Notes: generated from the letters alone by a model not told the origin. A DNA stretch of 64,000 bases from Trichoplax adhaerens (GCF_000150275.1 NW_002060944.1:9076159-9140158); one strand, 5' to 3'; positions 1-14,247 are shown, counted from the stretch's first letter. A program made the numbers and translations.

Positions 1-978
1 ATAAAACTTCATATTTATCTAAAGGTGTATTTATAATAAATTAATTTTATACGAAAGCGATACTTGCTACATAATTTAAATTTAAATCTCAAATCCTATA
101 ATGTACTCAAGCTGTTTAGCTTACTGATATTATATTATAACTGGAAACTACAAGTAAGACTTAGCAAAGGAGAGCAGTGGCAACAAATGTTATCAAGAAG
201 TGAATGAGTCATCAATTTACTATATAATCTAATAAAGTTTATAACGAATTCTTTAGGAAAATTTCAATGTGAAATATGAAAGTTAAATAACCATATGGCT
301 ACTGCTGATAAAAACATATGAATATGATAGATTCGATTCCTACATGATTTTTTATACTGATAATGACTCAAGTTGAAAACGCGGGTAGCATGCAATGTAT
401 CAAATATTTAAACTCGATTTTCATGTCATCTCAAACAGGTTTCAATGCAAGGTTAACTGTCAATCCTATTATGTACTGTGAATGGTCATATAATTTCATT
501 AAGGATTTTTGGCGATCCAGTATAGAAGTGCAAATCTTTTATAATGCAAAAGAATTTCAATAGATTGTTCATTCAGATATTATGCATATCAGTAATTTCG
601 TAATACAAAGTATACAATCCATTTGAAATTTCAAGATTCATTCTAACAGAATGGAGCTCTATATAGGTTAACCTAACCAATAATCATCTATATATTTCGT
701 GTATGAGCTAAGAAATTTTTAGTTAGATCAAGAGAAAAGGAAGAACGTTAACGTAATATGAAAAATTAATATGATGTTTAGCGTATTAAATACACAAACG
801 CTAGCATTTCATAGAAGTTAATATTTTAGCTATGAAATATTGTAGATAAGATTAGGAATTACCGTTTGGGAGCTACTCAATTATTTTTATGTATCAAAAC
901 GACCAATCAAGCATCTTATAGATATAAACAATCTGTTTGCTAATATATGTTCACCTAATAAGATATAGCATATCCCAA

Positions 979-1552
979 TCTACGTAGTCTAATATGTATT
1001 AGAACCAGTTTAAACGGATTATGCAATCCCTCCTATACCATATAATTCACATTTCTATGGCAGATATCTATGAAATTATATTTAGAATTTTATTTCTGAA
1101 ATATTTACTTTTTAAGCTTATAAATATTACACCAATTATAGAATGTTATTATAATGAAGCAATACATGCTTCGAGAATCCAGCATACGGTACTGGTGTGA
1201 CAAAATATCGTTCGATGAATACTGTAAAATATTTTAAATACTATCCATTTTCTGACTTAAACGGTTTGTCTGCAATCTATGTAATCTACTACGAATTAGA
1301 GCCAGTTTAAACGGATTGCACAATCCCTGTGCCTTTGAGTTTAACATATTCATGCTAGCTATCCCATGAGTTGACATTAGAAATTTTATTTTTGAGACTT
1401 TTACTTTATAAGTTGACAAATACTACTTTAATTGTGTTACATTATTGGTTAAAGGGAAATATTAAATGTTATGACATTAGATTATACAGCACTGCCAGGG
1501 CAAAGCGTGAGCGTCGTTTAATAACCGTAAAATTTAAAATACATTTTCTGAT
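979..1552. repeat. Diverged tandem duplication, about 297 bp unit, 2 copies
   Basis: ATTAGA(A/G)CCAGTTTAAACGGATT at about 998 and 1295; the downstream AT-rich blocks (TTAGAA.TTTTATTT.TGA..., CATTTTCTGA) also align at the same offset. Confidence 0.8.
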
Positions 1553-2878
1553 ACCAATAATATCCAATGACCTTATAAAATTTTAACTAAATTAAACTAG
1601 TCTAATTCATCACTGCTATCTGACTAGTCATATATTACACCCTTCGTAAGGTACCGATTTAAATCATGATCTCTATTGTAACATAAATGAAATAGATTTT
1701 AAAATTATCTTTACACATTCGGAAGTGACATCATAGAATAAAGTTCTCATAATTTAATATCATTCGATTACGTATCCATCAGTTTATTGCCTAAATTCGA
1801 TTTATTCTGATCCACTGATGATTATTTAGGCTATGCCATCCTAATCGATTGTCATAATTATTAATAGACTGATTTAATTTCAGATTTTCTTATAGACTAT
1901 TGCAAACACTGAGTAGTACTTATAATCTAGAATTTTGTTTGTTTATACTGATAGATAGGAGAACTAATCTGTCGAACATTGCTTACAACCTGTAAATGTA
2001 AATTTCGAGTAAGAAATCATTTTAGCATTCTTTTCAAATTTAAGCAGCAAGTAATGAATCAGTACGACGATTTTTAAGTAATAGCATCATGTAGACTAAA
2101 AAATTGCATGAATCTACGACTTAAATTGAAGAAAAAGAAATAACTCAAGGCAATTTCTGTAAATTATTGGCTATTCAGGGCATCGGTATCTTAATCTTCT
2201 ATAGCACAACCTCAAACACCTTGAATTTGCAATTCTTCTATGTCATAATGACGTGTATTAATGGTTGCTATAGCAAATATGACGATAATATACCACCAAA
2301 GGAGATTCTAATCTTAAAACAATTAATCTAATCTCATGGGTAGGTAATTATATTTAACAATAAAGTAATTGTTGCTGACATGATTGTTATCAACATGTCA
2401 ATTTTTATGCCTTTGTTGCTATAATAATTAACCATCAATTACGTTAGATAAATACGTATTATCATCGATGATACTAGTTCCGAAGGTTATTAATCCTATG
2501 CATATAACAAGTGGTAGCAAGGGCTGTTCAATATTGATTCTAACCGATCTGAAATCATAAATCACCTCTTATATAATTACTGATTTGTAGTATTATTTAT
2601 GAACTTAAATCCTTTCAAGCAAAAGCACCACCACTACAGGCGTAATACTATATCATCACCAATATTTCTCATCGGATAAACAGACAGATTTCTGATGATC
2701 TTATAATGAATGGTCAATAGTAAAGTTCAAGGGAGAAGTGGATACTTTCTTAATTCTAATTACTTAGTCGATTGTACAACCAGACCATTTAACGAGACCT
2801 AAGATATATTTTGTGTCACACATTAGTTATTCAATAAGTTTTGTCTCAATTGGATCGTTTAAATTATAATTACATGAG

Positions 2879-5800
2879 ATGATCAAGCCAATGAGAACTA
2901 TCGACGAGGAATCTATCCATCATCGGTCGAGGAACGGCCTTACTAATGGTAAAAGAAACGCTTTTGAATTACAAACGACAGCAGAATCGATATCGAATCA
3001 CTCCTCTATAGTGGATGATGTCGATATAAAAGTGCTTAAAAGTTCAAAAATTAAAAGAAATTTTCGAACAGGCTTTAGACGAGCATCTATCAGAAACAAT
3101 TTACAAACCGAAATTCTTCCTGTACACCAGGCAAGTCATTTACATGTTACATTAATTTCTATTACCCAGGTGTTACGAGCTAGGAATAGCCCTAACACGC
3201 AACAAAGATTTGAGAGGGTGAGATCTACCCTTTACTACTGCTATTTGGAATACCAGACAGTTGGTATTCCAAGGCAGATAGAGTTTAACGTAGGGAGATC
3301 ATCAAGACTTACTAGAAAATCACAATCTAATTTATTGTCGGCGAACTCGCCGTTTATATAGGTTTCGGACCTGAAACCGGTTTAGCTACACAAGTCACCT
3401 CGTCTATTAGAAATTAAACAAATTAATACCCTAAAAAGTTTCTATCTGTACAGATTAGATACAGTCTAATCCTATTAAATTTACTGTAAGCGTATTAAAA
3501 TAATCAATGCTTATTATTAGTTTAACAGATACATATATATAGCTATCCTATTAAGACATTTTCTCTAAACTTAGGAATTGTACTTTGAACTTTAACAACT
3601 TGGAGGTGATAGATATAGTCGAGTTTAGCTGGTTGTCAACTACTATTTTAGTCTATTTAATCATAAATTAAGGATATCAACTGTTAACCACTAAAATTAC
3701 AATTAAGGAGATCGCAAAACATTTCTGAGATATAAACATATATATAACGTAACATAGAAATAAAGTATACGTCACGAAGACTACTTTCGTGACACCAGCC
3801 TAGCTTATTATAATATCATCTTAAGTATTGCCAAGTTAACCTATGTAGAACCTGTATTATTTCTATTCTTACTTTAAACGAAAATGAACAAGTTGCAGCT
3901 CTATAGTTCAACGAGTTTTAAAGTCTTTTCGTCATGAAATGATAGCTATATAATTTTTCCTCTAACTTCCATAATTTGAATAGTATTACAGTTTTAGAAA
4001 TAGATTTAATCCGTCTAATTGCGTCTACTATCGTCGAAAATATAATAGAGTTATCATTAAACCTTCTTGATCGCTGCGATCAACTAATGACAGGCTTTTA
4101 CCTCTATTTTTAGGCTTGTACAAATGGAAGATTAAAAACTTTGCAGGAAATCTTAGACGAACACTTTGAATATGCAAAAAATTCAATCACTGACATTGTT
4201 AATACGATTGATGATAATTTAATGACCCCTTTACACTATGCCACCATACATGACCATATCGATGTCATGCAATATTTACTTTCCAAAGGAGCAGGTAAAT
4301 CATTATTATAAGAAATTTTATATAGCACATTCAATTTTATTTCTTAATACTTCTAATTTCAATCACTAACGTAGCTTTGATCTTCAACTTGTAACCTATA
4401 AAATACACTAACGACCTTTTATTTCTTGGTTATGTTACATCATGTTGTAGACATTGATGCTCTTGGTGGTAGACTAGGTAGAACACCCATACTTGTAGGT
4501 ACAGAGTTCAATCGAAAAAATGCCGTTCAAGAATTACTAAATCATGATCCTGATATGTCAATCAAAGACAGTAACGGTCAACAGATATTACATATTGTTG
4601 CACAGCAAGGAAATGTTGACTTAGCCAAGGTAAGCCTTAACTATCATGACAAATTAAAGCACTACTGTAGTATTTATACCCTATTCAGATAGGGTTATTC
4701 AATTCACTTTCTGGTTAAGAATTATATCTTATAAACTGTAAGCTAAGAAATAATTATTATTGCCCTATGTAGCCGTTATTCTACCAATTTCTATAAATTA
4801 ATTTATTCATCCAAAATATCCAGTAACTAATTAACAGACCTTTTTACTTAGAATAATATCTCATTAATTTCTTAAACTTTTCCAGTATAGTTAGTTAGTA
4901 GTGCATAGCAGTAGAGTCTATAATAATGGCAAGCCTTAAATTTGATCTTGACATCATGAAGCGGCGGTAGTGATCAGAAAACTAATTTCTATGTACTGAC
5001 CGACAACATCCATAGTCATTAGCTAAAGGATTCGGTTGTACAAATTGTAACAAGTATAGAATATTTCTACAGATATAGTAACATACAACAAACAAATTAT
5101 ACTTCGAAAACCACGATTTTTACTCTCTGTTAAAATAGTGCAAAATTAAAATAGAATCAACTAAAATAGTTACCGAACAAACTACCGTTTAGATCATGAA
5201 ATTCGATCATTACCTTTTATAGCCCTATTTTCTCTTAATCATAGGAGCACTTTTATATTTTCAGATTATTCTACAAAAACTAGTAGAAAAAGGATTGGCA
5301 TTTGTTAACGATATTGACGATGAGCATAAGTCTCCTATCCATTTTGCTGTTGACCATGGTCGGTTTGGGCTAACTGAACTACTGGTAAGATAGTTGTTAT
5401 GATTCAATCTAAATCCTCAATCTATCTCCAACTCAAGCTACAATATGACCTAGAATTGCTAATCAACGTGAATTTATAATTAAAAAGATCCAACATGGTG
5501 CCCAATTATGTGTAGCAGCTGATGATGGAAGTACACCTCTTCATTTAGCAGCTTACCGCAAGGATTTACGAATAATGCGATTGCTTCTCGGAGCAGGTCT
5601 GTCATTACAATTTATTCGTTTCACCTAATTATTGCCCTACACTACAGTCATTCCACTTGTACCTTCGTAGTTATGTACCATATTAATGCAGTAGTTATAA
5701 TGAAACTCATATTTCAGCATCTGATAATATCCTTAATCATTAAATAATCGCTTAAATTGAAGTCCTTCCTGTTACATTTTTAGAAAGTTTGATGATGCTA

Positions 5801-8800
5801 AAATTTTAATTATGCTAAATAAATTAATCATTCGAAAGCAATTGTTAAATTTAATTTAATCATAAACTACTAAACGATTTAGTAGATTATCCTTCAGTTC
5901 ATCACTAGGTGACATTTCTACCATTATTAATGTCAAAGTAGTTGAGATTTTCCATCGAAGGACTTTCAAATTATGGCTAACAGAATTATATCGTTTTATT
6001 TTCAGCACTTTCATTAAACTTCTCTATTCTGATTCCACTTGATACATCATTAAATAGCATATTGCTTGATTCTAAGGACTAAATTTAAATTTTAAAGTGT
6101 ATTTGTCTCAAAATCAGTAGATATAGCATAATAATACTTAAGCATATTGATATCTCGTTCTTACTTCTCATTTAGTCGAAAATCAAGGCAAAAAAGGCTA
6201 TCTCAATATTTTCGACAACGAAGGCAAAACAGCATTACATATCGCAATAGAAATGAATCATCTTGAGGTAGCAAATTTGAATTATAATGAATTTCGAAGT
6301 GACTTTATAAACGATGTAGAAACTAAAGCTCTTAGGAATTCTTTAAATTTGTTTACTGATAATAAAAAGAGCTCAAAAATAGCAAATTCTCGATTTAATT
6401 AGCCAATAAACAGTAGATATTTCAACACTAGCAATATTCAGTCTAATAATTGAATTTTAATATCCAAATATTCGGAAGTGCAATTTTTTATATGTCTAGT
6501 TACAATTTCATGATCTCTTAAACTAGATGGTTAAACTATGCCTGAATTATGGGGCCAGCGTTATGCAAGAGGTAAAACATTGATTTCCTAGTTCAGTTTT
6601 CAATATTTAATTATATTAACCTTGCATGAATTGAACAGTATCTTAAACAGGAAATTGATAGCATGAAATATTTTATGTTAGAAAGCTAGAGTAATCAATT
6701 TCTGCGTTTATTATTTATAGAACAATTTAAAGCCATTGATCCATATAGCAGCTATCAATGGAAGTATAGAAATAGCAAAACTGCTTCTACAACATCATGT
6801 ACAAGTTAGCGATCAAGATAATCGCGATAGAACTGCGTTGCATCATGCAGTACTTGGATACCAAACAGAAATGATTCAATTTTTGCATAGTGAGGTACTC
6901 TAATGTGCGAAATTTGATATATTATTTAGATCAAGACTTAGTAGTTAAGCCATACTAATGCTTTAGCCTTAAAACAATCCTATCGTTCTACCTAATTGGA
7001 TGATGGAATAACAGAGATTCACCATTAAATGGTATAATAAATGCAAAATTTATTTTATTACATATTGTGCTTAGGGAGCTACTCTTGAAAGTTTGGACGA
7101 AGAGTGCAAAACGCCCTTTTTAACCGCTGTTGAGAACGGTTTTGTAAACGCCACTGTAGTATTACTGAACTTGGGAGCGAATATAAGTGCAACAGATAAT
7201 AAAAACAGAAATTGCTTACATTATGCCTGCCGTCATCGAGATTCAACAATCTTAGCAGAACTATTCAAGGTATTTGAGATTATAAATTACAGATTATTTA
7301 GCCAAGCTGGCTATTACCATCGCTGTTCAATTTTATGTACTGATCCTATTCGCTTTAATAACTCTACTCTAGTATGGAGCGGCAAGTTCAATTAATTATC
7401 ACGATTTTGAAGGCTGCACACCTCTTCTTGCTTCGGCATCTACAGGAGATTTACATGTAGGCTTGATCAACTGTTAAATCACAATCTCTTTGGCTCTAAT
7501 ATCAAATAAGTTAACTTGATGTAGCTTAGAGAATAATTTTTCGATATCTTCGCCAACATTGTTGTAACTGTTTCAGATTATTAATACTCTACTCGATAAC
7601 GGTGCCAACTTGACAGCCGTCAATAAAGATGGGGATACTTTACTTCATCTTATCGCATCCAATAATGGTCATGAGTTAATAAAACCTGTGGTCAATTTAA
7701 TGAATACCTCAATCAATATCAATAACGGGTACGGTAAAACGCCACTTCATCTTGCAGCACAAGCTGGTTATTTAAATACAGTTAGAATACTACTGAACTG
7801 TGGAGCCGATGTCAATAATAGGTATGAAAAACAACCGTTCAAAATAGCCCATAATGTTAAATAAAAATTTTTTAAAATGCATTCTCCATGAACGACAGTC
7901 CTTGAATCATGTTTAAGCACCATTTGTGTCCATATATGTATAATTAAAGATATTAAGGTAAATGATTAATTTATTTCGACTGTCAATAGTGATATATATG
8001 GCAATTCCGCACTGCATTATGCTGCAAAAGAGAATCGATCAGAAGTAATGAAATTATTAATTGAGCATCATTGCAATATCAACATTACCAACAGAAGAAG
8101 GGTAAGAATCTTCAAACTGTGAGACAGCTAGCATTTTATATGCGTTAATGACTTGTTGTATATCATCCCTAAAACAGCAAAATAAGTACCCACATTAAGG
8201 GAGTGCTTGTGACCATTTCAGTCTGAATAGTGTGATAAAACCTAAAATTTATTGCTCCATACTTATTATATACTTAGATTTCTAACTTTAGGAATTTTAA
8301 CAGCTACTACTTGTAACAAGAGCGCTATATTACTATACGAGTATATACCAACTTGTATCAAAATTGGATACTATTTATTAGGATACACCTCTCCACTTAG
8401 CCAGTAAAGAAAATGCTCTAAGCGCTGTACGAATTCTTCTAACGGAAGACGTTAACGTTGCCATTAAAAATGTCAAACACCAGACTTGTTTAGACATGGC
8501 TATAGATTATGAAAATACCGATGTTGGCCTAGAATTGATTCGCGATAAAAGGTAAGACAAGCACATCATCATAAAATTTTTAGATATCTCTGCTATACCA
8601 TACTAATGAAGCTTTTTGTTATGATGAATCTTCAATAATGAATATTCTAGGTGGCAAGAATTGATGGATAGTAACAACAAAATGGGTTATCGACCAATGA
8701 AACGTTTGATTGAGAAACTACCAGAAGTTGCACAGGTACTGAATTAATCAAATATAGTAAACTGTCAGAGGTACAATTTCGCTGCCATTTCATATAATCA

Positions 8801-11800
8801 TATAACCATCAAATATTTGTATACTATATATGCTAATTACGAAATTTCATTAAATTAGGCGGTCATGGATCGCTGTGTAACGCGCTCAAATCATCCACCA
8901 GATCATCCTGATTCATTTGTAAGATCAAAATCTTATTCTTACCTTAATTTAATAATGAGCACCACATCTAGCTATCCAGATAGATATCTATATAGACATG
9001 GTTGTGTGATGTTATGATGTGGTATTATTGCTATCATTCAGTAGTGATAGTCCTATGAAACTTTACATATTTTAAGAATAAACATTGGAGACAGTAGATT
9101 AAATAGCCAAAGCAAAAAATTATAGCAAGGCATTATTAGGGATTTAGTGATGCCAATAGAATTTCTACTCCATGATATGCTCTATAGCCTAGGATGATTG
9201 GCATTAAGAATCTTAGCCTAAGAGCGTTAAATAATCTATCCCCAAATATGCAATAATAGTCGTACTGAAGCGTCTTCAGAAGCTATATTTTAATATCGCT
9301 TTTATCGTTTTTATACTAGGTCACTTTCAATTACAAATATCTTGAATCATCTCCACATGATCCAGAAAGCGTAGAAAGTCAAAAAAAATACCTTGCTGTC
9401 TCTGTAAGTACTGTGCAAATTCATGATAGCACTGACACATGCTGGTATTTCATTTGTATACTTTATTTGTAAGCTTAAATTGCAAAGTTGATTCAATAAT
9501 GATTGGAATTGATTTCCAGAGCATGGTAGAACACAATCGAGCCGATCTTATCTTACATCCATTAACAGTAGCCTATCGAATGCATAAATGGTAACATCTA
9601 CTAGCGTCAGCATTTAATTTTGCTAATGACTGGTTTATAATGAAAACTATTAACCTATATTGTTTCCTACAGTACTCACTCTATTTCATTCCATTATTTG
9701 ATAGGAGAGGGCCATCTGGATTTTTATTCTATCTTCACATTTTTATTTACTTACTCATCGTAACTATATTCGTTACTGGACTTGCAATCGATTTATTATG
9801 TAATCCTACTGCCAACAGAACAGACAATGTTAGCGCATTAGTAAGTCAATCGAATAGAAACTACCGTATTTTAAAAGCATAGTAAGAATATAATTATGCA
9901 CACCATGCAAAAAGTCCCAAAGTCGGAAATTATTCATATTTTTAAATCAAAGGATTTTACGGCATTTTGGAATTACAATACTAAATATGCATATACCTAT
10001 AAAATGCGACTATTACGGTACTAGTGAAGAATACTGATCGTTTTACTTCTATTTTTAATAGTCCGGATGTGAGATTATTCCCGTCGATTTCGCCAGACAA
10101 ACACCATTTATCACCTTAGCGATTGGCATAATCATTTTCGTAGCACATATCATTAGCTTCATATACACGGTAAATCTTTGGATATATGTAGAGAACTTAA
10201 CATATCAACATCCATTTTAAAGGCAATTTAGAATTTCATCTTCAGTACCTCATATTTATTACAGGTTTTTAGTCTACTTAAATTAATATCGATACCAGAT
10301 AGATTAGCCATCGTAATCATTTCTACATTAATGAACGCTATGAAAATTGAAATACAATTATCAACCTAATCCTAATTTTAGCCGCATTGCTATCTCTACG
10401 TTTACTTTTCATTTGGAAGGTACTGGTAGACGATCAAATTTGTTCCTAACAATCTCTGTTCTATCTACATTTTAGCCGTACGAATTTGTTAAGAAACTAT
10501 CGTCAAATGTAATGGAAATGCTTATTGGTTTGGTGGCAGTAATTTTTGCAATTCTATCCTTAATTTACGGCTCAAACATAGTTAATGCGCAAGCGGGAGC
10601 CATTCTGGCATTTACAGCCATGTTGACGCTTATTTTAAACTTACAAAGGTAATCGATCGTCATGAATTTATTTTAAAATCGTATTTATGAAAGGTTAAAC
10701 TATTTTAATAAATTTCAACTCGATTTATTTACATTTATTACAGCACAAAGATATTTGGCCAATATATTGTTATGTTTTTAGCAGTATTGAAAACTGTTTT
10801 ACGCGTGATGGTATTAGTTATCATGGTCTTAGCAGTATTTGGTATATCATTTCAGTTTGCATTTAATGCTACACAGGTGCGTAAATTTGAATTATTTTAC
10901 GCAATTAACAATTATAAATCTCTTTGAAAGTCGACAATTTTAACTGAGTAAACACTTTGTCGGCTCCATATGAGGTACAATGGACGTAAAATAATATGTA
11001 GAGGATCACCGTCTAAACTGAAATTGAATAATTTTGTCTACAAGATTATCCCTTTCTCCGAAGCCCTTACCGCCATACTTGGAATGTTTGTCATGTTCGT
11101 GGGAGAAATCAACTTTTATACTACTTTTGAGCCAAGAATGCGCACTTTAAGTCCTGGTCATTTGGTAGCCATTGCAATTCTTATCTTATCATTTATGATC
11201 GTGGTCAATATCACTCTATCCAATTTATTGGTAAAATGATAGTTATAATTTTTAGTACGTTATCTACGATCGTTCTACAATGCTTCGTCTATTTTAACAT
11301 CATATCATCTTCATGAACATTTGTGATAGATTAATATTTCAAATAATTAATGATTAAGAAATTCTAATTATTCGTATTTCGCCGGCTTAATGATAGTAAG
11401 CAATCAAAGCCTATAATATCTTAGTTATAATGCAATTTATAAGCATTTAAATACAAAATACAATTTTATAAGTAAAATTCGGTTACTTCATGCCTGTATT
11501 ACGTAAATTGATTTATAAGATTTCAGCTAGCTAAGGAACTTATTTGCATTTACATTCGAACAGATTGGCCTTGCCGTTGGAGATATTAACAAATTACAAA
11601 AGGACGCGGAATTAGCTAGTGTTACTCAAGAGCTTGTCATGATTTATGATTGTCACAACCTTATCCCTTTATTTTTAAGAAAAGCATATTATAAACCTAT
11701 CCATGTCTTCAAGGGAACAGGACCACAAGGGAAATTAGCTAAAGTAAGTCCACCGATCTGTGCAGTTTATAAAATTCATGGCTTCGAAAATTTCTTGATC

Positions 11801-12921
11801 CAAGCTCGCCAAATTTCTATCCATAAACTGGATAACATTATCTGTAGTACTCCTGATGGTAGCTATTCTATCGTGATAGTTCTAAATCGATCAGGCTTTC
11901 TATTGTAACATTCTAAGGTTATCAAGCTTTTCGAAGTATTTTTTTAATGTTAACCTAGTTGATATTTAACTTTTAGGGTATTTTTTATTGTGATATTCTT
12001 AAATCCTTTTCTACTATTTTACAAAGCATTTCAAGATTACAGAAAACTTGTAATGTACCTTCGTAAACTGCAACACTTGCAATAAAATTTTCTTTAGTGT
12101 ACACATCTTCCTCAATGGTTTTACGTCTATTCGATTTAATTAAATTGCAGTACTCTTTGTAAAATGGTTAATATTAATGTAGTTCTAAATTTCTCTTATT
12201 TTTAAGTTTAAGAGTTGTTTCACCGGCTAAAACCTATTTCGATTATATTTCTAATAGTATATGTGGTCTAGAAATTCACAACGAGCATCACTTCTTGACT
12301 GCGTTAAGGAACAGCTGACTAAAACTCATCACCAATATCAAAACTTAGCGCAAAATTTTTCTGAAGATAAAAAGTAAGTTTAATTATTAATGGACAATCT
12401 GATGTTGCCTCTCATATAAATTAATAGATCAGATGAAGAGCACTGTAATGCATTCTTCATGTATTCGTATATTTATAGTTTACGGTTCCTTAGATAATTC
12501 TACCATTCGACCAAGATTTGATCTTGATTATTGTAAATTTTGATACACGCAAAACCTTTAAACAATTATACTCAAAACTAGTTTCTATATAAATAATAAT
12601 TGAGTAAAGCCGTAAGTTTAATTACACAATTTAAAATTACTAGATCCAGATTACTGTTTGACTAATTCTTTGCGACTCATGACAGACTATTTATCATTAA
12701 TCTTTGATAGAATTAAAGTCTGTCCAAGATTATAAGTTTTTATCAATTATTATTTTAGAACTGCATCAGCTATGTATGATCTTGTTAAAGAATTAACAAA
12801 ACAAAATGAAACTTTCAAAAAGGATAACGAATATCTTAAAGAAATGATTTATTCCATTGCTCAGAAAGTTAATGCCATATCACCTACCCAAGCACAACCC
12901 ATTTTACCCGATGTGTGTTAA
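2879..12921 (+). CDS. TRPA1-like ankyrin-repeat TRP cation channel, paralog a (25 exons, about 1150 aa)
   Basis: Exons 2879-3130, 4114-4294, 4451-4629, 5265-5384, 5488-5596, 6176-6267, 6527-6571, 6721-6894, 7075-7269, 7373-7456, 7577-7821, 7990-8101, 8382-8551, 8651-8735, 8859-8918, 9320-9403, 9520-9590, 9705-9840, 10062-10169, 10476-10648, 10744-10876, 11045-11230, 11564-11743, 12258-12373, 12759-12921 splice in frame (3453 nt). About 17 ankyrin repeats (TPLHYA, TPLHLAA etc.), linker LIEKLPEVAQAVMDRC, pre-S1 LILHPLTVAYRMHKW, FGQYIVMF, filter MFVGEINF, S6/TRP-like NLLIGLAVGDI, C-terminal coiled coil. Confidence 0.92.
3171..3794 (-). mobile_element. Probable solo LTR in intron 1 of TRPA-a
   Basis: Termini TGTTACGA...TCGTGACA (7/8 inverted, TG..CA); flanks CCAGG / CCAGC (4/5 target-site duplication); the minus strand reads TATATAAA - GC hairpin (CGGCGAGTTCGCCG) - AATAAA at about 3360-3331. 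Confidence 0.65.
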
Positions 12922-13432
12922 TTATTTATTACTCTTGCCTTCTATAGGACACAAATTACCTTGACTTTATTATGTAATAAATCCAGTAAATATATTGTTA
13001 CTCCAACACATAAATTATATCCATAAATTAAGCAAGTTACTCAATAAAAAATTAGACTATGTTGTTACAACCGGGATAAATTCTAGTATACTGAGAACTA
13101 TTACAAAATAGAATAATATTGTAATTGCTACCTTTAACGGTGAACGTCGTTATATGATATGTGTGCAACCTACACTAAATATTGTATATAGATAGATATA
13201 GTTAGCATACAAAAAATACTCCCGATTTAAATTATTTCAGTATTTATTATGGCTGTAAAAGCGAACATTTAGTGGTTTATTAACTTTCACTAATCGTAGG
13301 AGGTGTCTCTAAATGTATATATCTATTTATTTACATTGCTCGCTACATGTTATCTATGTAATTACAATACACTTGTTAAGCGGATTGCTTTCCAAGTCTA
13401 ATATAATACGGAATATGCATAGATCAATTTTA

Positions 13433-14247
13433 TAACGCTTGGCGTATCCTCAATCATTCATAAGTTATGAGCTCGAATTTATATATTTATATTATTCTAT
13501 AATCGCGAAATTGCCAGGTAATTCTTATAAACTATTTTCATGAGTTATCCATATTTATAACGATTACTTGCTGTAATATCTGATATTACTATTGCAATTA
13601 TCATAAAATGTTAACGTTAATAAAGATTCGGATCATAATGATTAGTAAAATTATGGATAAAGAAACGTATTAGAACTACCACCAAAGATTTTTTAAAGAT
13701 AGCAATTTCTATCTCAAGAGTTCATTATCGTTCTTATAGACAATGAATAACTAGAGTTTGCATTAGATCAATCGTTATTGAATAGTAACGAAATGACTAC
13801 TTTAATTAGAGATAAAATTGAATACACAGAAATGTGAATAATCGCTTTGGTAACGTTGTGCTTATCCTTAATTTTTATAAGTTGTGAGCTCGAATTAATG
13901 TATTTATATTTTGTAATCGCGATATTGCCAAGCATTTGATACAACTTTTATGGTTAAAGTTATCCATATTTCTCACGATTAATTACTGTAATATCTGATC
14001 TTACTACTGCAAATATCATGTAACACTAACCCTAATAAATATCCTGACTACAATAATTAGTAAATATTATCCACCAAATGAACGTATTAGAAAGAACAGC
14101 AAATATTTTAAAGATAGCGACATCCGCCGTATCAAATGAGCCAGTTATCTTTCTTGTAAATAATGAATGATTAGATTCTACATTAGATGATTTAGCTATT
14201 ACATGGTAACGAAATCATATTATTTAGAGACGAAATGGAATATACAT
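13433..14247. repeat. Diverged tandem duplication, about 418 bp unit, 2 copies
   Basis: ATAAGTT.TGAGCTCGAATT, TAATCGCGA.ATTGCCA, CTGTAATATCTGAT, AACGTATTAGAA, CATTAGAT and GTAACGAAAT each occur twice at about the same offset. Confidence 0.85.

Noticed and set aside
3131-3361. C-terminal half of the 160 aa ORF 2879-3361
   Set aside because: Read-through past the GC donor into intron and LTR sequence; the paralog shows exon 1 ends at 3130
14019-14036. CTAACCCTAA resembling a telomerase RNA template
   Set aside because: A single short match within a diverged duplication; the other copy lacks it and no supporting structure was seen
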